DNA of 64,000 nt, from positions 67,209,578-67,273,577 of the forward strand of contig JARDVH010000097.1 in NCBI GenBank assembly GCA_030324005.1, given 5' to 3'. The number at the start of each line of letters is the position of its first letter. The stretch's first letter is position 1. Positions 1 through 13,100 of this stretch are shown here, one piece after another. The DNA comes from Negaprion brevirostris (taxonomy: Eukaryota). The translations under genes were made by a program, and so were the position numbers. The notes beneath the pieces were generated by a model. It was not told where the DNA came from. It worked only from the letters and a program-made list of their open reading frames with translations, and ran no database searches.

Positions 1-719
1 TACTGTGCTGTCATGTTCGACGCTTCTATAACAAGTGCTGACATTTTGAATAACTTTGCTTTAAAATATATAGTTCACTGTTATGTTAGCTATATTTAGT
101 TTTGATAAGTACTGTATATGTTCTGTTGTTATATTGTGCACAATTTACTTTTTTGTCACATCAATAAATACTAACTTTGTCCCTTTTCCCACATTTCTAC
201 AGTTAAGTTGAAATTAAGTAGAAAATGGTAATAATTAGTGTGACAAGTGTAGTGAACTTCAGATTAAATTACAGCAGCACCTCCCCGTGGTTCATGGCTA
301 AACCGCACTAAAGCGTCAATGACAGGAGGTCCTAAATTTGTCCCCTACAATTAAATTAGTCAATCACATCAAAGTCAGCAGTGATCCCAATTCCTTTTCC
401 ACTTTGTCCCCAGAATTCACCTTTCCTGAAGGTGCTAATAAAGGCTGTGGTGTGGTTCTAGGTAATCAAATGAGTATCAAGACAGTACTCAACAATAAAA
501 GTTGATATTGACACAAATCAAAATCGGGAGCAGGAACTGTGGCTATTGTATTCCCTGTCCAGCTTGAGGTCAAAGCTTAGTATAGCACCTATGCTGAATA
601 GAGAGACTTCCTTCCTTCATTTGTGCTCTGCCTGTAAACAGGTTCTTCCATGGCTCTGTCTGCTTACTGATGCTTCATCCCGAGATATTTTTCTGAACAA
701 TTTTTTTTTGTCTGTGGTG

Positions 720-855
720 GTTTGCAATTACCTTCCACTCTCAGGGGCAAGGGGGGATCCCTGAGTCTATCTCAGTTAGAATGGGAAGCAAACCCATGCC
801 ATTGATGACAATCTGAACCACACGGAAGCCACTCAACTGAGCTACCTGGCCCCTA
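720..855 (-). mobile_element. Degenerate tRNA-derived SINE head
   Basis: Reverse complement starts GGGGCCAGGTAGCTCAGTTG (A-box-like), followed by a decayed B box. Confidence 0.4.
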
Positions 856-1000
856 AAGAGAGACTAACTCAGCATAAATCACAATCTGAGCAAGAGCTTC
901 CAATATCTGAATGGATCAGTGATACACCACATTTACCCACTGAGCCTTTCGGGAAATTCTACACAGTAAAATACAATGGCATCACAACTTGCTTACTTAC

Positions 1001-1195
1001 CTTCACCCATTTAATCCTCTCAATAACATCACTCATATCTCTCTTCAGTGGAACATAGTGTTTCCATGGCTTCAGGGATCTGTAGAAGTGCTCATAATAT
1101 TTAGAATCCTGCTTCAATACAAGGCTGTCACCCAACATAAGGTATGGGAACCTGTAAGCTGCCACAGTACCATCCACATTCACTTGGTATTTATA
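1001..1195 (-). CDS. POGLUT3: POGLUT3 exon 6 ([31 protein letters not shown]...LKPWKHYVP...IKWVK)
   Basis: Acceptor TCCAG|TAT, donor AAG|GTAAGT; 195 nt, phase 0-0. Confidence 0.94.
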
Positions 1196-4100
1196 CTGGA
1201 AAAATGTTCAGAAACATCTCATCTCAATAAAAAAAGTTCACATGAAAATTTTTAATAACTGCATCTAAAAAAAGCCCTTCTATAAGGGTATTTTTTTCAA
1301 TAGTAATAATGAGGATTTACCTGAAAAGATACTTTAAAATTTCAATAATTATAGGACACTTAATATAATGAAAAATATATTGGCCTGATGTAATATTGAT
1401 TTGAAGCTAATGTTTTGTAAGTCTATATTCACAATAGATAATATAAAGCTCGCAAGAAATTTATTGTTTGAACATCTTTCCCAGAAAGATAAATTAACAC
1501 ACACAAGGCATACAGACTGTAGGTACTGCTACTGAGTTTCAGCACACTGACCTGTCTTTACCTCAAAGACCAATTCTGCTTCACATTTTTAAAAAAGGGG
1601 AAAGGAAATAACACTGTCAAATTCAACATTGTTACTCCTGCTTTTCTGGTGTGAAACAGGCAAACGTGAATTGCAGAAACATCTGGTTTCATGCTGACAG
1701 TTGGGGCTTCTTTTTAGATCCTGAATATTTAATTAAAAGTCTCTGGGCCCACTTTTGACCTAGATATCTAAGATTATTTAGACTTACTAATCACAATTTA
1801 TGAATTGTAAGTTGCCTACCTGGCAATTTTGAAAACGACTGTTGCAGGCCGTTCAAGAAAACGGCCTCAAACCTCCACGTAATGTCCTTTTTGTGATTGG
1901 AAGAAGTAGGAGTGCTTCTCCTGACTTCACAAAATAATTGTGGACCACTACTGGCCTGCCAGATTGGCTTCCTCCTCTCTCCCCACCAGATCTGTGTGTG
2001 AGCTTCAGCTCTGGATGAAACTGGTTCAGCTCCTGCACCTCACCAGAATGATAGAGTCCAAGGACAACACTAGGTAACCCTTACTCTGGCACTGATTGTG
2101 TGCCACAGGTATTATGCCCATTTCAGATGTTACCGAATTCAGGATCCTGTGGATTTATGATTTGGAAGGCTACCAATAATTCTTAATCCCTGAAAGCATT
2201 TTTCTGGTAGAAGAGTAAATATCAGTAATATTATATAACAGCAGCTAATACAACATCTGGTTGCAGTGCAGGAGGTAGTGGGAGAAAAGGAAGGGACATA
2301 ATATACATAGCAGATTGTATCACCTCGGCAGTATAAGTCTCTTCCATGCCTGGTGCTCTCCCTGTAGAATGCTTCAGAATCANNNNNNNNNNNNNNNNNC
2401 CCTGGCAATGTTAATGGCTAGGTTTTCTTTCTGTACAGTCTGTCAATTTACCATCTGTGATCAGATCTGTACCAATGAGCTTACAAGCCAAGCAAGGTAT
2501 CCCATTACCCCTACCTCGCCACTACATCATTGAGTGAGATTATGGATTCAGCAGGGCAAGGGAGATTGAAACCATGTCCGCTAGTACATGGAAACGGAAG
2601 CTGATACTCCAATTTTGCATCCTAAATAACATTGTATTTTACAGTAAAATTTGGAAATTAAAATAACCCAAGATTTTAAAATAATTCTTTCATTTGCCTA
2701 TCGAATCATACCTTAAAAAAGTCAAAGAAACTGATTAATTGCGCTTTTCCAAGTTCTTTCTCTTCCTCACGAAAGAAGAAATAGGCAGTTATTCCTGCAT
2801 CCAACAGCTCAGGATTGTTTCTGGAGATTCTCACTAGTTTCAGCCTCTCTTCACGACTGTCCCTGCCTCTCCAAAAAGCTTGCTCTATTTTATCATACCA
2901 GGCAGGACCTTGGATTTTGCAAGAAATAAGAAATAATTTCAGCAATTTTAAATACAGTATGTTATCAGTTCTTAATTTCAGAAATTCCTCTTCTTCTCCC
3001 CATGTCAACCAACATTGTTAACAGTTCTCAATGCTCCTCCTCTCAAAAAGGAAACCCTTAACCTTCTTCTGACTTATTTAGAATACATTTAAATTCAGAA
3101 ATAAACTTAAAACTGGGGATCAAAAACTAAAATATGAATGAATTAATTAGAATTTGTCCTTATTTCAGGAATATGCAATTCATTTTTGGAGCAGACACTA
3201 AAATAGAGCCAATGACCACATGCTTTTCCATTCACTCTATTTACAAGTTTTGCTGTCATTTATTGACCACCCCTTAATTGCTCAAAAAGTGATGGTGAAC
3301 CACTGTCATCCGAGTACAGTTAGGACTAGTAATCCCAAGGACTGAACTATTGATTCTGCGACACCAAGACAGCAGGGAATAAGCCACCAAAATGAAACTC
3401 AACTAATGCTTGGCTTGATGCTATAACAAGGTATCCCACCACCCTACCTCGTAATAACATTGTGGACTGCAACGATTCAAGAAGGCAGCTCATCACCACC
3501 TTCTCAAGGGCAACTAAGGATGGACAATAATTGCTAGCCATCCAGTGATGCCATGTCCCAAGAATGAATAAAAAAAATGTACATTTTAGCCCGTATTTTA
3601 TGGTTAGCTCTGAATAAACGCCCTTTGCCAGCTGTTACATTTACAGTTGCCCACAGAATTTGTCTAGGCTTTTAGACTGCGATATACAGCTGAGAATTCA
3701 AATTCAGTTAATTAAATACATCTGGAATAATAATCATATATCAGTATTGGTGACCACAAAACTATTGGATTATTGTGAAAATTCATCTGGTTCATAAATG
3801 ATCATTAGAAANNNNNNNNNNTATGTGACTCGAGACCCACAGTGATGTGGCTAACTCTATAATTAGCCTCTGAAATGGCAAGGCTGTCTGTTGTATTCAA
3901 GAAGAGGGCTCACTACCACTTACTCAGAAGTTAGTGATGGGCAATAAAACCTTCAAACATTCCTCCCTCATTTCCTCCAGTTCTCCTTGATTCTATTGAG
4001 GTTTTGCTTCAACCATAGGGGGCATTGGATGAGACCCCACCGGGGCTACTGTACACAGTTTTGCTCTCCTTAATTAAAGGAGGGGTACACTTACATTGGA

Positions 4101-7100
4101 AGCAGATCAGAGAAGGTTCCATGGGAAACACTTGAGCAGCTGGAGCTATATCCACAGGAGTTTAAAAGGATGAGAGATGCACTTATTGAAACATATATAA
4201 TTCTGAATGGGTTTGACAGAGTAGCTGCCGAGATATTTCCTCTTATGCTGGGATCTAAAAATAAGGGACACAGCTTAAAAATAAAGGTCCTCCTATTTTA
4301 GATGGAGATGACGTGGAATTTCTTCTCTCAGAGGGCTATTAATCTTTGGAATTCTCTTCCAGAGAGACTGGGTCATTGAAAATATTCAAGGCACTGTTGG
4401 ACAGGTTTTTGATCAAAGGAATCAAGGGTTATATGGGGGCAGGCAAGAAAATGGAGTTAAGGCTACAATCAAATCAGCCATGAATAATTATTGAATGATG
4501 CAGCAAGCTCCATAAGCCAAATAACATACTCCTATTTCTTATAATTTTATATTCCTATTCAACAATCAGTAAGGAGGCTTATTAACAAAAGTAAATTAAT
4601 AACGATTTGCATTTATGTAGCATTTCTAATATAGACATAGCCCAAGACATATAACTGAAACATGATGAAATAAACAATGGCATCATGGTTAGTAAGAAAC
4701 ATTAAGCAAACAACTAGAAGCTAGATCAGAGAAATAATATTAAAAGAGTCTCAAAAAGGAGCACTGAAGTCCAAAGAGGCATTTCAGAGGTTTGGGTCTA
4801 CATGACTGAAGATATTGTCACTTCTGATATGCCAAAGGGAGGGAGAGACGCAGAAGTGTTGGAGCAAGGCAGAGTTCTTGGAAGATGGTAGAAGTGGAGG
4901 TGATTGAGAGATAGGAGAGGCAAGACCATGGAGGGATTTGAACATGAGGATGAGAGGTTTTACATCATTTTAATGCTCCAGGTCAGCAAGTGCAGGGATG
5001 ACACAAGGCATGTGTGGGGTTAGGGTAGAAAGTCATCTAGAACTGTGTTGCCGGTGTTTATGGAGGATGGAAAATTAAGGAAATCAATAGGAAAGTATTG
5101 GAATAGAATCTGGAAGTAACAAATGCACAGGTCAGAGTTGCAGCAGCAGATAAAGTGAAACAGGAGTGCCAGACTTTCCAGGTTTCCGAGGTGGCAGAAA
5201 GCTAAATCTGTAATATGGAGGAAGCAAGTAGATGCTCAATTCAGGGCTAATTGACAGGAAGATTGCAAAAATTCTGGTTCAGCCCAAGATAGTGGCCAAG
5301 GGAAGAGAATGGAATTGGTGACGTGGGAATAAAGTTTGTGGAAGGAGCCAAAGACAACAGCTTCAATCTTGCTAATGTTTAACTCAAACAAATTGTAACC
5401 TATCCAAGACTAAATTCTTTTATATGCAGTCAGACAACACAGAGACAGCGTGCAATGGGGCTGGGTGTCATAAACATATGTGCAAAACTTGATGTCATGT
5501 GTTTGGATAATGTCTCTGATGGTAGTTAGTAGGTAAGGAAGGGGATAAAAAGGATGGATCCTTCAGTGGATGAAGTACGAAGAAAAGACACTGGAAACTT
5601 CCCTTGGCTGCGATTGGATAAGTGAGAGAGGATCTGAGTAAAGACAGTCCTATGCAGCTGGACAGTGGGAGAGAGACAGAGAGACACTGGGGCAGGATGA
5701 TATACCAACTGTGTGAAAAAATGTAACTAATTTACAGATGAGCCATAGAAAGCATTCTTTCTGGTTGTATCGCAGCTTGNNNNNNNNNNNNNNNNNNNNN
5801 NNNNNNNNNNNNNNNNNNNNNNNNNNNNNNNNNNNNNNNNNNNNNNNNNNNNNNNNNNNNNNNNNNNNNNNNNNNNNNNNNNNNNNNNNNNNNNNNNNNN
5901 NNNNNNNNNNNNNNNNNNNNNNNNNNNNNNNNNNNNNNNNNNNNNNNNNNNNNNNNNNNNNNNNNNNNNNNNNNNNNNNNNNNNNNNNNNNNNNNNNNNN
6001 NNNNNNNNNNNNNNNNNNNNNNNNNNNNNNNNNNNNNNNNNNNNNNNNNNNNNNNNNNNNNNNNNNNNNNNNNNNNNNNNNNNNNNNNNNNNNNNNNNNN
6101 NNNNNNNNNNNNNNNNNNNNNNNNNNNNNNNNNNNNNNNNNNNNNNNNNNNNNNNNNNNNNNNNNNNNNNNNNNNNNNNNNNNNNNNNNNNNNNNNNNNN
6201 NNNNNNNNNNNNNNNNNNNNNNNNNNNNNNNNNNNNNNNNNNNNNNNNNNNNNNNNNNNNNNNNNNNNNNNNNNNNNNNNNNNNNNNNNNNNNNNNNNNN
6301 NNNNNNNNNNNNNNNNNNNNNNNNNNNNNNNNNNNNNNNNNNNNNNNNNNNNNNNNNNNNNNNNNNNNNNNNNNNNNNNNNNNNNNNNNNNNNNNNNNNN
6401 NNNNNNNNNNNNNGTTTCCTCCCACAGTCCAAAGATGTGCGGGTTAGGTTGATTGGCCATGCTAAAATTGCCCCTTAGAGTCCTGAGATGTGTAGGTTAG
6501 AAGGATATGGGGGTAGGATCTGGGTGGGATTGTGATCGGTACAGACTCGATGGGCCAAATGGCCTCTTTCTGCACTGTAGGGTTTCTATGACTCTTTATA
6601 TGATTGATTTTAGTTCAGTGCTGTGGCAGGATTGTAGAAGTTCACACAAGAAATTAGAACAATGGGCATGGACTTTTGACGTGGCAACATGTTCAAGAGC
6701 TTGAATGTTTGGAGATGGGGGGAAGTCACCCAAAGGTGGATGAAATTGAGGCTAAAATACATGAGACAGAGTATGGAGCACATGAGAGTAGTAACCACAT
6801 TTAATAAAAAACAGAAAATACTGAAAATGCTCTCCAAGTCAGGCAGCATTTGCGGGAGAAACAAAGTTAATGTTTCACGTCAATGACTTAAAAAAATATC
6901 AGAATTGAACAACCATTGGCCTGAAACGTTAATCTTGTCTCTCTCTGCACAGAAGCTGCTAGAACCTGCTGAGTATTTCCAGAATTTTGTTTTAATTTCA
7001 GATTTCCAATATCTGCAGCTTTGGTGTTGATATCATTTCTCTGATTAAATTTCAACTGCATTCGTCATAACAGAAACTCTCCAGCCTTGACTAATTTGTA

Positions 7101-10100
7101 ACAACAAAGAAAATGAAAAGAAGATGAGAGAAGGGGAATAAAATGGTTGGAGAAATAAGCTCCTGTATGGAAAATTTAACGTTAAATAAATAAAATCCAC
7201 TGCAGCAGTAGGTGTCAGGTGATTGTTTTTATATTAAATTTTATGATGAATTCAAACAGAAAAACACAACCTACCAGTCTGTCCTTGAATGGAGAGAAGA
7301 TCATTTGTCACACCACGGAGTGTTTCCAATGAAGAGCGTGTTATATCATATGTTGGAAGGACAATATCTGCAGTATCCTCAGAACCACACCAAGAAATGA
7401 TGGGCAAGGGGTTATCCTTCATTTTACGGGTTTCCAGTGGCCAATCTCCAACATTTACATAGAATTCAACATCGGGCAATCGAACCTACGGAAAATTAAA
7501 TAATGTATCGTTTTGTAACAGATTACAGTAGAAAGGATATGAATTTTAAACTGTGGTCTTATTGACACTTACTTTCCTTGCTAAAGAAAGCAGCATTTCA
7601 TCTGAAAACATCTTGAAGTCAGTGTACCGCCCCATGGTTCGTCGATAAACCTGGTTATCCAATATAGTGTAGTGAACAATCCCCCGGTCACCAAACCGAT
7701 TTGGTACTTCTTCTAGTAGGAGCGCGAGATCTATACTGGGAAAACTGGTGAAGTCGTGAGAAATCTGTTCCTCTTCTGCGGGACAGGATAGACTATTTGT
7801 TTGTTTTTAATCTGGGCATAACGCAATGTCCTAGAGTTTTATGACCCTTTTGAATTGTTAGGGGGAAGGATTATTGACAGTTCAAGTGGGACTTTTTTTT
7901 AATCACATACATTACCTTTCAAGTCACATTGGAGACGCCTGTTGTCCATTCTTTGATTATTCCTGGGTTCATTCTCCTGCCATCATTACTCAATTCCTAT
8001 CATCTGTTTGTGTTACCAGAAGAGTTTCTTCCTTCATTCCTTTTATTTGTGGTTCTTCTTTCGCTCTGACACACGCACCTCATATCTAAAAAATGTTCCC
8101 ATTATCCACTACTTATATTCTTAATAAAACAAAAAAAAAACAAAAATGAGAAGGGGTGGTATCAAAGAATCATAGAATCATGCAGCACAAAATAAGCCCA
8201 TCAAGTCCATACTGACACATTAGAAACACCTGAACTTCCACCTAACCCCATCTGTCAGGGCATGACCCATAGCTCTGAATGCTATGATGTTCCAAGTGCT
8301 CATCCAGTTTTTTTTAAAGGATGTGAGGCAGCCCACCTCTACCACCCTCTCAGGCAGCACATTCCAGACTATCACCACCCTCTGATAAAAAGGTTTTTCT
8401 CATATCACCCCAACATCTCCTGCCCCTTAACTTGAACCTATGTCCTCTCATGACTGACCCTTCAACTAAGGAGGACAGCTGCTCCCTACCCACTCTGTCT
8501 ATGCCCCTCTTAATCTTGTACACCTCAATCAGGTCACCCTTCAGTCTTCTCTGCCCCAATGAAAAGAAGGGGACTAACCCGAAAGCTTGTGAGTTTACTA
8601 TCAAATACATCAGTTGGACTAAAAACTGGTGTTGTCAGACTTTTTACTGTGTTTACCCCAGTCCAACGCCAGCATATCCACACCAATGAAAACAACCCAA
8701 GCCTATGCAACATAACTTAAATGTTCCATCCCAGGCAGCATCCTGGTGAATCTCCTCTTCACCCCTTCCAGTACAATCATGTCCTTCCTATAATGTGGTG
8801 AACAGAACTGCACACAGTATTCGAGCTGTAGCTTCACCAAAATTCTACACAACTACAANNNNNNNNNNNNNNNNNNNNNNNNNNNNNNNNNNNNNNNNNN
8901 NNNNNNNNNNNNNNNNNNNNNNNNNNNNNNNNNNNNNNNNNNNNNNNNNNNNNNNNNNGACTCGAGGGGCCAGATGGCCTACTCCTGCTCCTATTTCTTA
9001 TGTTCTTATTTCCTTGCACCAATTCACCACAAATATCAAGCTCTATATCAACAAAGTTCAAACAATTTTCATAAATTTGCGAGGTAAGTTGTTCACTACA
9101 TTTTACATATAAATGCCTTTACACGTAATGTTAGAATGACCAACTTGTCAATTTGCAAGTCCTTTTCTTCTACTGTAGCTGGAAAGTAACTTGTTCAGGT
9201 TAGTTGTTGAAGACTATTCCAGCTGCAGTAATTTGGCCACAGGACAGTAAAAAAAAAGTGCAGAAGATTACCTAGATGTCATCCCTATAACTTTACATTT
9301 TTGGGCAAATATATTCCCTGAATTTGAGAAGACAAATAACAATTGAAGTGAATTACTGCAGGTGCTAAAAATAATCAACAGGTCTGACAGCATGTGTGGG
9401 GAGAGAGACAGTTAATGTTTCACATTGAAAATGATGCTTCTTCAGAACAATCATAACTTGCATTTATATAGCATTTTCAATGTAATAATAAATAAAAATC
9501 AATTATTTGGCAACCACTATCTGTCAAGATATCACAATGAGGTAAAGATCAATGTCTAGACAGCAGGGAATTAGAATGCAAGGCTTAATGACTCTGGGGA
9601 GAGATTTCTTTTCAGCGTCCAGAATGAAATGGGCTCGAGAGGGAGAAGGGGAATATGGATAGAGAGCAATACTAGGCAATGATCAGAGATTGCTCATCAA
9701 TGTTGCTTCTTTTCAAAACATTAAAATCAAAGTAAAGCAAGTTAAGAACAAAGTTATAGTTTCAACACCCAACCTCCTACTAATGCCTGGAAGATCTGAG
9801 CCCCTGTAGGCAGTCAGATGGTTACAGCACTTCAGGAGGTCATCTAGCCACAAAGTCCCTCTCAGCAATGTTCAATGTCAAAAACTAGCATCCTTAGGAG
9901 AGATTAAATAAAGACTTGGCTGAAAAGAACTATCAGTGAATAAAAGTCTCACACAATCACTTCCTGTTTGGGAGGGCATATGCTCAGTTTTGTGGCAAAA
10001 TACCCAAACATCAATAGGACAGAAAAAACTCATTAATAAAAGTTCTGTACACTTGAGAAACAAATCAAAAGAAACTCACATGCACTTTCAACGGCGCCTC

Positions 10101-13100
10101 TGGTTCTTTACCAATTACCTTTAACCTTACCTTGGGTTGCCACCCCTTCTACCCTGGAAACAATCACCACTCATTTGATATATCAAAATCATTAATGATT
10201 TTGAAGACCTCCAACAAATCTCCAATTAACCTTCTCTACTCTAAGGAGGACAATTCCACTTTTCCAGTTCCTCATTCCTGGCACTATTCGAGTAAATGTC
10301 TTTTCCTCTCAAAGGTCTTTCCTTTTCCTAACGTGTGATGCCCATAAATGAACTCAGTAATCCAGCTGAGGCCGGATTAGTATTTTACAAAGTTTGGCAT
10401 TATTTCCTTGCTTTTAGTACTCTATGTAGCTTTTAAGTAAATCAAGGATCCCATAGACTTATTTTTATTACAGTCTTCTCAACTTATCCTGCCACCTTCA
10501 AAAGGTTTGTGTACTTGTCCCAGGTCTCTCAGTCCCTGGACATTCTTTAAAATTTTGCCATTCAGTACAAGTTGCCTCTCCTCATTCTTTCTATTGAAAT
10601 GTATCATTCGACACTTTTCTGCATTAAATTTCATCAGTCATCTGTCGGCCTATTTCACTAACTGTACATCCTATTGAAGTCTTACTGTCCTGCTCAATAT
10701 TTACTATATTTCTGAGTTTTGTGTCATGTACAAACATTGACATGCTGCACTTTACTCTCAATGTAGCTGTGGCAGAGGGGCAGACAGCCAGATCGGACAA
10801 ACCCCTCAGTTGCCCACTGCCTGGACCTGTTTATAGTGAGTCTGGCCAGGCCCAGGAGCAGGTTCACGAGGAGGTCCTCCAACTTCCCTGTTCCCTTCCG
10901 CACCGGGTGCCCATAAATCAAGAGTGTGGGGCTGAAGTGCACACAGAACATCAATAAAAGATTTTTTAGGTAACAAGGGAGTGCAGCCTTAGACATTAAC
11001 ATAGAAGTGGTCCACGGACTCCACAAGACCGCAAAAAGGATGCACAGAAAGGAAACACTGTTTGACCAACAGCCTTTTTAAAAATCTATTTATTAATTGC
11101 TCAATGTTTATTTACACAAGATATTGTTTATAGATTCAGCTATTAATGCCTTAATTGATTGACACTTACAGGTTTGTAGTCACAACAGGTTCTAAGAAGT
11201 GATGAATGAAAGGCAGTTTTTTAAAAAACATTGTTACTATAGGGTTCAAAAATAGAAAATGCTGGAAAATCTTGGCAGGAAGGAAGGGACATCCATCCTC
11301 AGAAGTTTGGCTCTATTCTCTCTCCATAGATGCTGTCAGACCTGCTGAGATTTTTCAGCATTTTCTGTTTTTGTTTCAGATTCCAGCATCCACAGTATTT
11401 TACCTTCATCTTACTAGTAGGTAAATTAGTTTTGATCAGCGTGTATATTGGGTGAATGAGCATGGAAGTGCTATGAGTTGATACGGAGGGCAAGGGGGCC
11501 ATTGGCTATGGGTGGAGGAGCATGTTTTGGCATGGAGGATACAATGAGACATTGGGGATGGGGGATATGGATTGGAGTGGAGGATATGAGGGGGCATTGT
11601 GGGTGTTTGGGAGCCCAACTTGGCATAGATGAGGTTGGGGAATGGGTGGGGATGTGAAGGGTAAGGACTAGAGGACCTGATTTTGAATATAATAACTGGG
11701 ACAACGTCCCAGAGAACTTTTAAACATATCATCGCATCAGTCAGCAGCCCCCATGGCTGGCTCTGAACTGTTCCCACAAGTATGGCCATGATTCCAGCAA
11801 ACCCACTCCCCCACCACCACTCAGCAAAAAAAAATCACACCTTTCCAGCCTCTTTTTCCGAGGCAAGTGCATCAAACCAGCAAATTTCCAGACTCCTGCT
11901 ACCAGCCATCAACAGGAAAATCCAGCTCATGAAATTGTGGCTACACCAGAGATCTGGCTAAAAGGAGGGCAGGGCTGGATATTAAATATTCCCGGATACA
12001 AGGTGTTCAGAAAAGCTTGAAAAGAAAGGAAAAGAACAGGAGTGGCAGTGATCATGAGGATGCACCAGTGTGGTCAAGGACAAAATTGACTTGGCTAGAG
12101 CTAAAGATCAAAAAAGGTGCAATTCTATTGGTCAGCATAGTCTGTAGGCCACCAACTAGAGTGAAAGGTGTAGGGGAACAAATCTGCAAGGAAATTACAG
12201 AGAAGTGTAAGAATTATAAAGTAGTTATAATGGCGGATAATTGTATATGTCAAATAGAGACTAGGACAATAATAGTGTAAAGGACAATGAGGGGCAAGAA
12301 TTCATAGGTATGTTCAGGAGAATTTTCTACAACTGTATGCTTCCAACCCAATATGAAAGGAGACTATTAGACCCAATTTTTGGAATAAGGTGAGCAAAGT
12401 GGATCACAGTCATAGTGAAGATGCCTGCGTTGGACTGGGTTGGGCATTGTAAGAAGTCTCACAACGCCATGTTGAAGTCTAACAGGTTTATTTGGAATCA
12501 TGAGTTTTCAAAACACTGCTCCTTCATCAGATGAATCATCACCTGATGAAGGAGCAGAGCTCCGAAAGCTCGTGATTCCAAATAAGCCTGTTGGACTTCA
12601 GCCTGGTGTTGTGAGACTTCTTAAAGCGAATCAAGTGGCAGTAGAAGAACATTTAGGAGACAATGTCATGGTATCACATACTTTAGGCTGACTATGGAAA
12701 AGGATAAGGAATAGTCCAGAGTAAGAATAATTAACTGGGGGAAAGCCAACTTCAATGGGGTAAGAATGAATCTGAACCAGATAAGCTGATTCAAAGATTA
12801 GCAGGCAAAACTGCAACTGAAAAATAGGATGTTTTTAAAGAGGAAGTTCAAGTATAATCAAGGTATATTCCCACAAAGCAGAAAGGTAAGGCAAACAAAT
12901 CCAGAGCAATTTGGATGACAAATGAGATTGAGAGTAGAAAAGGTGTGCTTATGTCAGTTAGGTAATTGAGAACCAGGCCAAATATAGAAGGTTCAGAGGA
13001 GAATTGAGAAAGCAAATAAGAGAAGCAAAGAGAATAAGAAGAGACTGGCAGCTGACATTAAAGGAAATCCAAAAGTCTCCTGTAGGCAAATAAATAGTGT

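Noticed and set aside
5650-6478. Long ORFs of 230-260 aa in the track (also 24773-25561)
   Set aside because: Almost entirely X residues from N runs.
7915-8090. Exon-like stretch on the minus strand (TTTTTAG|ATATGAGG ... AAG|GTAATG) as a replacement for the missing POGLUT3 exon 3 start
   Set aside because: Stops in all three frames and no similarity to the missing peptide.
9205-9260. Minus-strand NYCSWNSL resembling the missing exon 3 junction
   Set aside because: Short chance match; no GPVYHEY motif and no suitable splice sites.
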